A stretch of DNA of 64,000 nt. It comes from Mobula hypostoma. Its lineage: Eukaryota. Position numbers and translations under genes: made by a program. The notes under the pieces were generated by a model that had not been told where the DNA came from, ran no database searches, and saw nothing but the letters and a program-made list of their open reading frames with translations. Where the stretch lies: the NCBI RefSeq assembly GCF_963921235.1, contig NC_086107.1:109122001-109186000 (forward strand), in the 5' to 3' direction. Positions 36,111 through 49,036 of the stretch are shown here, in pieces. The stretch's first letter is position 1; each line of letters opens with the position of its first letter.

Positions 36111-39100
36111 GTTTGGACCGTCCACTTTGAGCGTCTGTTGTACCCATGTGGGTGGTGTAGAGTATTTTCCAAATAGGGAGCGCATTCAGAAATCAGAGGT
36201 GCAAAGAGACTTGGGTGTTCTTGAAAGGTTAACTTGCAGGTTGAGTTGGTGGTAAGGGAGGCAAAAACAATGTTAGCACTCATTTTGAGGACTGGAAAAG
36301 GTAGGATATAATGCTAAACCGATATAGTTTAGACTACATTTAGAGTATTGTGAGTAGTTTTGGGCCACATATCTAAGATAGGATATGTTGGTACTGGAGT
36401 ACATCCAAAGGAGGTTCATGAGAATAATCCCAGAAGTGAAAGGGTTAACATATGAGAAGTGATTGATGGCTCTGGACCTGCACTTGCTGGAGTTTAGAAG
36501 AATTAGGGGGAGATCTTATTGAAAACTACTGAAGATTGAAAGGCCTAGACAGAGTGGGTATGGCGAGGATGTTTCCATTACCCTCCAGTTAAATCAGGGG
36601 GTTGCTGGGTGATGCGGCTCAAAGGGCCATAAGGGGTAACTCTGCGCTGTGTCCCAATAAATAAATATCAATAAAATCTTGAATCTTGAATCTCAACGGA
36701 ACTGTTCTCCCTCGTCTGCCCCATCGCCTGTTTGCCATTAACCTGCATCAAGAGGTGATTTACGGCAGGCAGTCAGCCTCCCCGCGCGTCTTTTCGATGC
36801 GCCAGGAAACCAGAGCGCCCCGCGGGCGTCTGCGCCGTCACGAGGAGGGCGTGCAGACTCCACGCAGACAGCGCCCGAGGTCAGACGTGAACCCGATTCA
36901 TTGGAGCCGCGCAGCGACAGCACTACCCGCTGCTCGCCAGCACGCTTCCCAACGCGTCTGGCCTCAGTGCGAATCGCTCCAAACGCCAGAAGAAAATGGA
37001 TCTGGGCTACGACAAGTCTTGCTGGGCTGAAACCGGGACTTCATAAACTTGTGCAGCAGGGAAACAGGCCCTTCGTCCCATTTCGTCCATGCTAACCCAG
37101 GTGCCTATCTGAGCTAGCCCCATTTGGCTTCGTTTGGCCCGCCACTCTCTAAACCTGTCCTATCCATGTACCTATCTAAATGTGCGGCGGGAGGGGGGCT
37201 TGCTGAATATAGTAGTGTGAGCCTACTGAGTGTCAGAAGTTGCTCTCCCCATCACTCTCCCCCGTTCTTCTCAGCCAACGAGGAGGGCTTGGCTTCACGC
37301 TGGCTTTGTAGATTACAGGTAGTCAGTGTGGGAAACACTGCTCCCTCCACAGATAGGGCAGCTAGTGGGCGACTGGACAGGAAGGTGAGTGGTTAATGAG
37401 CTGGCATGCACCAGTAGACACACAGAAGTGGGCCGCACACACAAAATGCTGGAGGAGCTCAGCAGGCCGGGCAGCATCTACGGAGAGGAATAAAGAGTCG
37501 ACGTCACAGGCCAAGACCCTTCATCGGTCTAAAATAGTCATAGTCATAGTCATACTTTATTGATCCTGGGGAAAATTGGTTTTCGTTACAGTTGCACCAT
37601 AAATAATAAATAGTAATAAAACCATGAATAGTTAAATAGTAATATGTAAATTAGCCAGGAAATAAGTCCAGGACCAGCCTATTGGTTCAGGGTGGCTGAC
37701 CCTCCAAGGGAGGAGTTGTAAAGTTTGATGGCCACAGGGGCCAAATGTCAGCTCTTTATTCCTCTCCATAGATGAATAAAGCCGCTCTGTGTGTGTTTGT
37801 GTGTGTGTTGCTCTGGATTTCCTGCATCTACAGAATCTCATGTGTCTGTAGTCCTGAGCCAGGTTCGATCTGGTGTTGGATTGGGAGACCCCAGTCATTC
37901 CACTGGGACTCCAGATCCACAGAACGGGTCAATCATTTTAAAGTTACATCCCTTCAATTTAATGTTTTTAAAATTATTTTTAATGCTTTAATTGAATTTT
38001 TTAAATGTTCTGAATTATTTTATATGTTTCTAATTAATTTTGTTGAATGTTTTCCAAACTAGAACACAGGATAGGAACAGGACCATCAACCCAAAAATGT
38101 CTATAGTGAACATGATGTGCCCACCCCCCCCCTCACTGCAGCCCATCACCCCATCACCCCTACTGGGGCATATGCCACCCCCAGCAGCTCTCCAGAGTCC
38201 TCTGTCCTGGGCCAGTCCTTTAAATTGTCCCCGTACGCAGACCATCGGAGATCCCTCTTCTCCCGGGGATGGGGTGTTTCGGAGCCTCGGTTGCTGTCTC
38301 TGCAGCTGTGGGTTTTTACTGGGTGGGGTTGCTAGCCCTGTGCCTACCCCTCCTCTTTTCGCAACGGAGCTTGGGTCCGGCCAAGGCAAAGCTGAACGCG
38401 AGGCCAATTTAAACCAAATTTCTTTTATCTCCACACAGTCCATTTCCTTCCATCCTCTACATAAAAGCCTCTTAGCTGTCACAATCATATCTGCTTCATC
38501 TCCGCTCTTGCAAATCCCTTCTAGGCATCTTCCACCTACTATATCATTTTAATTGTTATTATTTGCTTTAAGTCACTTTATTTCTAGTTTAAGTTTATTA
38601 ATGCCTCTGAATATTGGGCAGTCTCAGAGTTCAACAAGCCCCAACTCAGTTGGTTGCTTGTTGACTTCCACAGGCAGCAGCCGCTAGCCAGTTTTGGGTT
38701 ATTTGTAAGCCCAGCCTCCACACCAAGTAAAGAGGTCTGCTACACCCACCCGCTAAATGTTCATATTTTATTGCGGTATAAAAGGAGGCTATTCTTCCCG
38801 TCAACTCTGTGCCAGCTCAACAGCACCTCTCACACTAATATCAATATAACCCAGCCTTTCTCTCAGATGCCCTCTCAAGTGGTTCAAGAGGATGCCCTCA
38901 CCAGAGACAGATATACAGACAGATAAATATTGGCTTCCCAGAGAAGGCAGTAGGAAATAATGTAACTTGTGATTGGAAACTGGGGATATCATCTGACCAC
39001 TGTAATCCAGCAGCCAGTCAGTGACTGATCACAGGATCTTAGAAGCTCAAATTGTGCTATTTATTATTGTGTCAGGTTTTTTTTTCTGAATCAATTCTCC

Positions 39101-39926
39101 TTGCCTGATTGAACCGACGCAGTGTGTGGCTCAATATTTTTAGCCACAGCTTTTAAAAGCCGCAGCCTTTATCAGAAGATCAGCCTACCCGGCATGTCTG
39201 AAATTAGCTCAGTTTTTGTAAAGAGGAACTGCATTCCTAAGAATTACCACATGATGTTCTTAAAAAAAAAGTGCGATCTGCAGACTAGGAACTGCCTCAC
39301 CAACAGGTTTCGGCCTGGCCTTGGTGGTTTCCATCCCACTGAGGAGCTTGCAAATCTAACATTCCTAAATCTGATGAGGAATTCACACGTGTTTTTGTTT
39401 CTCAATGAACACTCACTGATGTAGCAACAAGAAGAAATACAAATTCACAGCAGATGCAGAAGGGATTAATGTACAGGTCCTACATCAACTGCCTTTCTGT
39501 ACCCCTCCCTCTGTGCTCCCCACCCTCCATACCCCCCTCACTACCCCGCTCCCCTTTACCCCCTTCTATATCTCCCTCAACCCCAATTCTCCTCCCCTTT
39601 CCCCTCTGCCCTCTCCCTCACCCCCCCTTTCCAAATGTGCTTCCCACAGACCCGATGGTGTGAATGAAGGAACCCCAATCTCTGAATTGGTGAGACATCA
39701 ATACTCCCGATTACACCTCTTTGCCCTCTCCAACCTTCAACTGTCCTTGAAATGGGCCATTTCAGGACCGATAACCAGTTAACAGTGGATGCCAACACCA
39801 GTGACGGAAAGAAACATCGGTCGTAGCTAGGACATCCCATAGCTGGTGGCGAACGTGCTGTGTAGACACAACTAGTTTTCTCTCCTGTGAAGTTATATTC
39901 CTTCTGCCTTCTGTTTCCTCCTCCAG

Positions 39927-40039
39927 GCTACAGAGAAGGGTTTCTATGGAAGCGTGGCAGGGATAATGGGCAGTTCCTGAACAGGAAGTTTGTCCTGTCG
40001 GAGGCTGATGGTGTCCTGAAGTATTTCACGAAGAACGAC
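39927..40039 (+). CDS. ADAP1: ADAP1-like coding exon (equivalent to exon 5), start of PH1
   Basis: ttcctcctccag|GC TAC...AAC GAC|gtaagt; 113 bp; GYREGFLWKRGRDNGQFLNRKFVLSEADGVLKYFTKND. Confidence 0.97.
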
Positions 40040-40871
40040 GTAAGTCAAGATCTGTCCAGAGTTGTTCCTTGGGGATTGAGACAGATGTGGAGCGGGGAAG
40101 GGGTGTTGTCAGTCAATTCCACCCGTTGGTCCCAGCGGTAACACTCAGAGGGTCTTTGGGAAGAGAAACATTTCAGGTCAAAAAGCATTAAAACTAAGCG
40201 TTACTTCAGTCTATTTCCGCAGAGGCTGCCGACCTGCTGGGTGTTTCCAGTGTTTTCTGTTTCTATTTTAGATTTTCACCATCTGCAGTATTTTTATGAT
40301 TTCCACGCAGGGAATGTTTGTTCCCAGCGCCAGTAACCCGGGTCCGGTTCCCGCCATTGTCTGTAAGGAGTTTGTGCATGCTCCCCGTCCTCCGGGTGCT
40401 CCAGTTCCCTCCCACCTTCCAAAGACGTAAGGGTTATTGGAAAGTGGTTGCATCTTCATTCATCCAGAATGATGCGACGTCTTGATAAATAAAATAAAGT
40501 GCCAGACAGGGAACCTAACACAAACGGGACATCTCACAGGTTGTAAACATAAAATAGTCTGCCGATGCTCGAAATCCTGAGCAACACACTCAAAATGCTG
40601 GAGGAACTCAGCAGGCCAGGCAGCATCTCTGGAAATGAATAAAACAGTCGATGTCTCAGGCTGAGAACCTCCTTCTGGACTGAGAAGGAAGGGGAAAGAT
40701 GCCAGAATAAAAAAGTGGGGAGTGGGGGGAGAGGAAAGAGGCTGGCTGGAAGGCAATAGGTGAAGCCAGGTGGGAGGGAACGGTCAAGGGCTAGAGGAGA
40801 AAGAATCTGACCGGAGAGGAGAATGGACCATAGGAGAAATGGGGAAGGAGGAGGGGAGCCAGGGGTAAGTA

Positions 40872-41246
40872 ATAGACAATATACAATAGGTGCAGGAGTA
40901 GGCCATTCAGCCCTTCGAGCCAGCACCACCATTCACTGTGATCATGGCTGATCATCCACAATCAGTACCCTTTTCCTGCCTTCACCCCATATCCCTTCAC
41001 TCCGCTACCTTTAAGAGCTCTATCTAACTCTTTCTTGAAAGAATCCAGAGAATTGGCCTCCACTGCCTTCTGAGGCAGAGCATTCCACAGAACCACAACC
41101 CTCTGTGTGAAAAAGTTTTTCCTCAACTCCGTTCTAAATGGTCTACCCCTTATTCTTAAACTGTGGCCTCTGGTTCTGGACTCCCCCAACATCGGGAACA
41201 TGTTTCCTGCCTCTACCATGTCCAATCCCTTAATAATCTTATATCT
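40872..41246 (-). mobile_element. Young CR1 3-prime end inserted in a Penelope remnant; near-identical sister at 50635-50958(+)
   Basis: YKIIKGLD...FFTQRVVVLWNALPQKAVEANSLDSFKKELD; taatag on both flanks. Confidence 0.9.
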
Positions 41247-41867
41247 TAATAGGCAGGTGAGAAGAAGTAAAAGGTCAGAGTGGGGAATAGAGGAAGTCAG
41301 GAGGGGGGAAATTTGTTTACCAGATGGAGAAGTCAATATTCATGCCATTCGGAGGGTACCAAGACAGAGTCTCTTCACGTCACACTGAGGTACTTTATGC
41401 ATAATCTCCTGAAAAGGTTCATTGGGCACCTCTCAGGGTCCGAAGGGCTCGGGTTTGGGTTTTATTCCAGAGCAGTGAATGTCTGCTGCAAGCTGACGCC
41501 CTCACTGCAGCGATGGAGTGTCAGAGGTGTGGTTCTTTGGACTGAACACTAACTCAACGTCCTGCCTGAAGGAGGGCAAAGGTCCGCGGAGCACTGTTTC
41601 AACGAAGGGTTGGAGGAGTCTTTTCCCTTCAACCCCACTTCCCCCTAACCACCACCACTGCAAACTGGAGATCGTTTATCTCTCCGCCGATGCGACAGAG
41701 CGGATTGTCGAGTCATTGAAAGGTTACAGGCACAGAAGGAAGGCAGCCACGCGTCCCAGTCCCACTCCAGCACTGCTGTGTATACCCATTGATTTAGGCT
41801 CTTCAAGCATTACCCTATAAGCATACAATCACTCTGTGAATATAAGCTATTTTATGTATTTATAATT

Positions 41868-42330
41868 AGACCATAAGACAAAGGAGCAGAAGTCGGCCAT
41901 TTGGCCCATCGAGTCTGCTCCGCCATTTTATCATGAGCTGATCCATTCTCCCATTTAGTTCCACTCCCCCGCCTTCTCACCATAACCTTTGATGCCCTGG
42001 CTACTCAGATACCTATCAATCTCTGCCTTAAATACACCCAATGACTTGGCCTCCACTGCTGCCCATGGCAACAAATTCCATAGATTCACCACCCTCTGGC
42101 TAAAAAAATCTCTTCGCATCTCTGTTCTGAATGGGTGCCCTTCAATCCTTAAGTCATGCCCTCTCGTACTAGACTCCCCCACCATGGGAAACAATTTTGC
42201 CACATCCACTCTGTCCATGCCTTTCAACATTTGAAATGTTTCTATGAGGTCCCCCCTCATTCTTCTAAACTCCAAGGAATACAGTCCAAGAGCGGACAAA
42301 TGTTCCTCATATGTTAACCCTCTCATTCCT
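41868..42330 (-). mobile_element. Young CR1 3-prime end
   Basis: Open 123-aa remnant GLTYEEHLSALGLYSLEFRRMRGDLIETF...FFSQRVVNLWNLLP. Confidence 0.92.
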
Positions 42331-42919
42331 GGATTGCAGTATTTTTTGTGCAGTATCAGATCTGGAGTAACAATTATTTCATTTTTCTTTACACTTGAAA
42401 GTCAGGTAAAGTCATGGGGACGGGTGGTGGATGGTCGTATGAGCAGCTGGTGCATATCACAAGTCCTGGTTATGTGAACACTGACACCAAGCAGACAATC
42501 TCTGAAGAGCATTGATAATGGCCAGGGTCACCAGTCTTGGAAAGACACTGACGAGAAGAAGGCAAAGGCAAACCACTTCTGTCGAAAAATTTGCCAAGAA
42601 CTATCATGTTCAAAGAATATGGTTGCCTACATCATACAACATGGCACATAACGAACGAATCCTTTCAGGCAGTGTGTTCTGGACCTGACATCGTCTGGGT
42701 GGGGGAGGGGGTGCGGGAAGAATATTTCCCCATCTCCTCTTTAAATTCCATCGTTTACTATAGCCACTAAGATATAGAAGCAGAATTAGGCCATTCAGCC
42801 CATCAAGTCTACTCTGCTATTCATTCAATAAGATCATGGCTGATCTGGCCATGGACTCATCTCCACCTGCCTTTTCCCCATAACTCTTAATTCCCCTACT
42901 ATGCAAAAATCCATCCAGC

Positions 42920-43820
42920 CTTGGTCAAGGGAAGCACAGGAGCGCTTACAGGACTGATCTGAATTGGTGGACCTGATGAGTATGCCACAGTTATTACCAA
43001 CTTCATTAAAGCCTGTGTGGATGAGTGTGTGCCTACGAGAACTTACTGTGCATTCCCAAACCAAAAGCCATGGATGAACCAGGAGGTACGTCATCTGCTG
43101 AAGGCTAGATATCTGTGGCAGTTAAGTCTGGTGATCCAGGTCTGTACAAGGAAACCAGGTTTGACTTGCGGAGGGCTATTTCAAGAGTGAAGAGAGAATT
43201 CCACGCGAAGTTGGAGGCGACATCAGATGCATGTCAATTTTGGCAGGGTTTGCAGGACATTACTTCCTAAAAAGCAAACTCCAGTAGCATGACTGGCAGG
43301 AATGTTTCACTACCAGATGAGCTCAAACCTTCTATGCCCGCTTTGAAAGGAAGAATATAACTACAGCTGTGAAGATCCCTACTGCACTGGGTGACCCTGT
43401 GTTCTCTGTCTCGCGGCCGATTTCAGGCTGCCTTTCAGGGGGGGTGAACCCTCACGAGGCAGAAGGTCCGACAGAGTACCCGGTAAAGTTCTGAAAACTT
43501 GTGCCAACTAATTGGCAGAGTATTCAGTGACATTTCCAACCTCTCACTGCTGTGGTCAGAAGTTCCCACCTGCTTCAAAATGGCGACAATTATACCGGTG
43601 CCTAAGAAGGGTAGTGTGAGCTGCCTTAATGCCAGTAGCGTTCACATCTACGGTAATGAAATACTCCGACAGATTGATCATAGCTAGAATGAACTCCTGC
43701 CTCAGGAAGGACTTGGACCCATGGCAATTTTCCTATCACCGCAATAGGTCTATGGCAGACGCAATCTCAATGGCTCTTCACACAACCTTAGACCACCTGA
43801 TCAATACAAACACATTCAAA
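42920..43820 (+). mobile_element. Rex1/Babar LINE internal ORF remnant (tether and RT N-terminus), frameshifted
   Basis: [65 protein letters not shown]. Confidence 0.9.
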
Positions 43821-44987
43821 ATACATATATATACTTATTTACTTATTTTTTATGTTCTCTTTTTTTCCTATATTATATACTGCTTGTACCGCTGCTGCTA
43901 AGTTAACAAATTTCACAACACGTATAAACCTGATTCTGATTGTGAACTACAGTGCATAGCCGAGCATGTCCGTTTCTCAGACAGGCTTTCTCACACCAGT
44001 GAGGGAGAGAGTTTTATAGACCACAATTAATTCACCTTCAGCAACATCTGTTCAAAGGAATTCCATCCTAAATCACCCAGTTCCTCTCTCCACCCATTAT
44101 GTTCCTCTGGAATCTGGAGATCAGATGCCACACTTCAAAAGTAAGAACACATCTGAAAGTATTTATAAACACCAGGTCCTGCAGATGCTGGAAATCTAGA
44201 GAAGCAGACCCAAAATGCTGGAGAAACTCATCAGGTCAGGCAGCACCTATGGAGAAGAGTGAACAGGCCAAGCCCTCCTGATGAAGGGTCTTGGCCCAAA
44301 ATGTTGGCTCTTTATTCAGACCCAAGATCCTCCAGCAATTTTTTGTGTGAGTTGCTGAGGGAGTATTCATTTAGCTAATGGCTATGGCTTAGTGCCATGG
44401 GCTCATTCCTGTACTGAATGGCTTCAAGGGTTCTGTCAAATTGACTTCCCTTTTAGGAAGGGAAAAGGATGAGTCATTGTTCCTCAAACCAATAGAGGTC
44501 AGAATACAGGAAGTCGTGGGCCCACAGTTCAAGTTGCAGGTCTTACTCTGCCTTCTCCGCAACCCCTGTCCCTATCATGTTATTCTCAATGAGTCATGGA
44601 GTCTTGTAGAGTAAAACAGATCCATGGGCCTGTTAGTACACCAATCCAATTTTATTCCCTTTGCATTCCCATCAAAGTCAAGTCCAAAATGAAAATTAAT
44701 TTGTATCAAAGTACATCCCAAAACCCTTCAGCACAATTAAACAGCACTCAGGGGTGTTCCTGAAGAGCTGAGATCTGTGGGGTTACAGAGATTGTGCTGG
44801 AGGGGCGGGGCTAGGCTGCGTTGTCTGGGTAACGAGACAAAGGGTTGAATGGCCTCATGTGTTGTAACCTTCCGGTGGCTCACTGACCTGTTTTGCCTCA
44901 TTGACGGAGACATAATGAACTCCTGTTCACCGGTTTGCAGTGCTGGTTAGGGGAAAGTACAAATTAGGTCTATTATCAAAGTTCACA

Positions 44988-46052
44988 GAGTACTGTGCAA
45001 AAGTTGTAGGCACATTCTGTAGATATGCCATAGCGAGGGCACCTAAGACTTTTGCACAGTACTGTATTGGTCAACAAGGAGCGGAGAGCAAGGGTGGGGT
45101 GTGTTACAGGTGGCAGAGAATGAGTGCCAGGGATGGGGGGGTGTTGGCGTGGGTGCAGACACGCCCAACCCTGTGACACCAGGCAAGGTCATTTGATTCC
45201 AAACGATCGGCTTATAGGTCATTACAGAATATCTCTCTGGTGCTTCCCTCTCCCTTCCCCTTTTCCCAACCATGATCCCCCTCTCCCTTCCCCTTTTCCC
45301 AAACATGATTCCCCTCTCCCTGCCCCCTTCCCACTCCCAGTCCACAACAGAGACCCAAATCAGAATCAGCTTTATCATCACCAGACATCCCACCCTGCAA
45401 AATCTCATTTCAGGGAGGCAGCACCATCAATTTGCGGGAGACTTCCGGGAGAGGTGGGATGTCTGCAATAGAGTAGCTCCTTAGCAGCCAGCCAGCTAGT
45501 TTAAATAACGTTAGCTATGCTAATGAACGAATGACACCTGTTAAACTCACCTCAACATGTCTTTTACAGTCTTAACCCACCATGGGCAATAGGAAAGTCA
45601 CTGTTGCAAACAGTGCAGCGAGCAACACTGTCATTATTTTGACTCCTATTAGGCAGGGGTACACGTTAGTGTAGTCTGGGGTGACGTATGTTTTATATTT
45701 TTTTTTGGAACACTCTGCCATGGCGCACTCTCGCTTTCTCTCTCGGTCGCTTGCTTGCTCTTGCTCTCTTTCGCGCACGCGCTCTCTCTCGTAGTCGCTC
45801 TCGCATTCTCTCTCAAAAAAATTGATTTCCGTGATATTGTATATAACTTGCAGGCATCAGGGAGCCACTATTAATATGCAGGAGACTCCCGGAACTTCCG
45901 GGAGAGGTGGGATGTCTGCATCACTCACATACATCAAGAAAGCTGTGGGTTTTTTGGGGAGCAGTACAGTGCAATACATAAAATTATTATAGCACTGTGC
46001 AAAATAGGCACCCTAGCTTCCTATACGTGCTTAAGACTTTTGCACATTACTG
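44988..46052. mobile_element. Composite TA-inserting (Tc1-like) element bounded by two palindromic mini-units; partial sister at 58511-58950
   Basis: AGTACTGTGCAAAAG..TAGGCAC / GTGC.TAAGACTTTTGCACA.TACTG units at both ends; splits the Rex1 tail caaagt.ca|tatatgtcacc. Confidence 0.7.
45382..45918 (-). mobile_element. Second copy of the hAT-like element with 6-bp TSD
   Basis: TIR CAGACATCCCACC; perfect TSD catcac at 45376-45381 and 45919-45924. Confidence 0.88.
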
Positions 46053-48246
46053 TATATGTCACCATATAACAATTACAGCACGGAAACAGGCCATCTCGGC
46101 CCTTCTAGTCCGTGCTGAACTCTTACTCTCACCTAGTCCCACCACAACCCTGAGATTCATTTTCTTGCAGGCGTAGTCAATAAATCTATAATAGTATAAT
46201 AGCCCTAATCTATCAATAAAAGACCTCACCAACTTGGGCAATAAACCAGTGTGAAAAAGACAACAAATTGTGCAAATACAAAAAGAAAGAAATAATAAAT
46301 AAACAAACAAACAATAAATATCAAGAACTTGAGATGAAGAGTCCTTGGAAGTGAGTCGATAGGTTGTGGGAAGATCCCAGTGATGGGGCAAGTGGAGTTC
46401 AGTAAAATTATCTCCTTTGGTTCAAGACTCTAAAGGAAAGGACTTGTCCAACGCTTCGTTGCTCCTCGCTCCTTGAGATTGCAGACAGGACTTTGAGTTA
46501 ATGTTCATTCTAAAAGGACCACACCTCTAACTGTGCAACATTCCCCCATCTTCTACGGTGTGGATGTCAGCACAGAATTAGATATTCACCTCTCTGGTAC
46601 AAGGTTGCAATTTAAGCCATTTGGACTCAGACCGGACACTCTGAGAGGTCAAGCCAAGTCAAGTCAAGTTTATTCTCATTTAACTACATACATGTATGCC
46701 GTCAAATGAGACAATGTTTCTCCGAACCAGGGTGTAAAGCACGGTAGTACGCATAACACACATACAACACAAAATAACCTTTCAAAGTAAAGGATAAAAT
46801 GAATTACGCATTGATAAACAAAGTAAGATGCATAAATTTAATATTGTAGGGTACAGGACAGATTAACCAGTGACACTTCAAGTGCAATGCGGCAGGGAGT
46901 TCAGAAGCATAATGTTTTCCTATCCTGTCCATTTGGAGTCTCCTGCCTGGTGGTAGAAAGTCAAAGAGGATGCTGGATGGATGGGTTGGGTCCTTGATAA
47001 TACTAAGGACCCTGCGTACGCAGCGCTCCTGGTAAATATCCCCGATGGATGATAGGGAGACTCCTATGGTCCTCTCAGCCATTCCCACAGTCCCTTGAAG
47101 GGATTTCTGATCTGATGCTTAACTGCTCCCATACCAGATGGAGATGCGACTTATCAGGACGCTTTCAGTGGTGTTCCTATAAAGTGCAGTTAAGATGGTG
47201 CCTCATTCTTCTCAGGAAGTGGAGGTACTGCTGTACCTTCCTGTTCAGGGAGGTGATATTGAGGGGCCAGGCGACACCGTCCAATGTACAAGATATACAA
47301 TAGAATTTATGAAAAGCTATGCATAAACAAAGATTGACAAACAACCAATGAGTAAAAGAAAAGAAGGCAAATTGTGTAAATATAAAATAAAAAATACTAA
47401 TATCAGGAGTTGTAGAATCCTTAAAAGTGAGTCTGTAGGTTGTGGAATCAGTTCAAAGTCGTGAGGAATGAAGTTATCCATACTGGTCCAGGAGTCTGAT
47501 GGCTGTAGGGTCAAGTAACACAACCATCCCCCCACACACATACCCTACATACCCAGTGATGCCCTACAGGGCTAGTTACTCCAGCAACTTGATGCCCTAA
47601 AGTGGCCAGTTAATCCAGCAACTTGCTCGCCTTTGAGATGTGGGAGGAAAGGGAGACGCCAGGAGTAAACCTAAACAGTCACAGGGAGAACGTGCAAAGT
47701 CCGCACAGTCAGTACCCAAGGTCGATACCAAACCTGAGTCACAGGGGGCTCTGAGGCAGAATCTCTAAATTCCCTCTTGCCTGAGTCTAACTTCCCCATC
47801 TCTGGGTAGACGTTGGTGGCCTCCAAGTGCCCGCTCCTAATACCATGCACTGAATTGTACTGTACAGTCAGCCTCAGAGTATCCATGACCACAGGCAATT
47901 TTCTGACCTTGCCAATAGGAGCGCAGTGATAGATTAACGGGGACAAAAACAGAGGGTTTAAAGTGAGGGGTTATAAGATATGAGGAAGAATATTTTCACC
48001 CAGAGCATGGTTACAATCTGGATGGAACACTGCCTGAGAAGTTGATAAGGCAGAGACTCTCACAACATGTAAAGGGAAGTATCTAGATGAACGCTTGAAT
48101 CACCAAGGCAATGAAGCCAATGAACTAGCGACAGTTTCCATACACTAACGGAGTGGTCCTCCCTTCATTCTGATGGTGTACTCTTTGAATCTTTGGTTAA
48201 CATTGCAAATCAAGCTGAAAGTCTCACACACTGCCTTCTCCAACAG

Positions 48247-48393
48247 GCTAAAGAGCCCAAGGCTGTGATTAAAGTGGACAACATCAACGCTACATTCCAA
48301 CCAACCAAAATTGGAAATCCTAACGGCCTCCAGCTCACGTACCTGAAGGATAATAGCACGCGGAATATTTTTGTTTACCACGAAGAGGGAAAG
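48247..48393 (+). CDS. ADAP1: ADAP1-like coding exon (equivalent to exon 6), PH1
   Basis: ttctccaacag|GCT AAA...GGA AAG|gtaagt; 147 bp; AKEPKAVIKVDNINATFQPTKIGNPNGLQLTYLKDNSTRNIFVYHEEGK. Confidence 0.97.
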
Positions 48394-48484
48394 GTAAGTT
48401 CCAAAGTCCTACAGCACAGATATGAGCCCTTCCACTCCCCCCCCCCGCAACCAACCGACACCGAGGTACACTAATTCCATATTA

Positions 48485-49036
48485 AGCTCAGTAGCCACTT
48501 TATTAGGAACACCTGTACACCTGCTCATTAATGCAAATATCTAATCAGCCAATCATGTGGCAGTAATTCAATGCATACAAGCATGCAGACATGGTCAAGA
48601 AGTTCAGTTGTTGTTCAGCCCAAACATCAGGATGGGAAAGAAATGTGATCCAAGTGACTTTGAGCGTAGAATGATTGTTGGTGCCAGATGGGGTGGTTTG
48701 AGTATCTCATAAATTGCTGATCTCCTGGAACTTCCACACACAACAATCTCTTGAGTTTATAGAGAATGGTGCAAAAAACAAAAAACACCAAACGAGTGGC
48801 AGTTCCATGGGTGAAAATGCCTTGTTAATGAGAGAGGTCAGAGGAGAATGGACAGACTGGTGCAAGCTGACAGGAACTCAAATAACTCGGTGGTCAGTGA
48901 TGTGCAGAAGAGTATCTTTAAACCCACAACATGTTGGACCTTAAAGTGGATGGGCTACAGCAACAGAAGACCATGAACACATCAGTAGCCACTTTATTAG
49001 GTACAGGAGAGACCTTATTAAAATGCCCACTGAGTC
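48485..49036 (+). mobile_element. Tc1/mariner internally deleted element, same family as 9377-10463
   Basis: TIR ctcagt.gccactttattagg; remnant MGKKCDPSDFERRMIVGARWGGLSIS. Confidence 0.88.
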
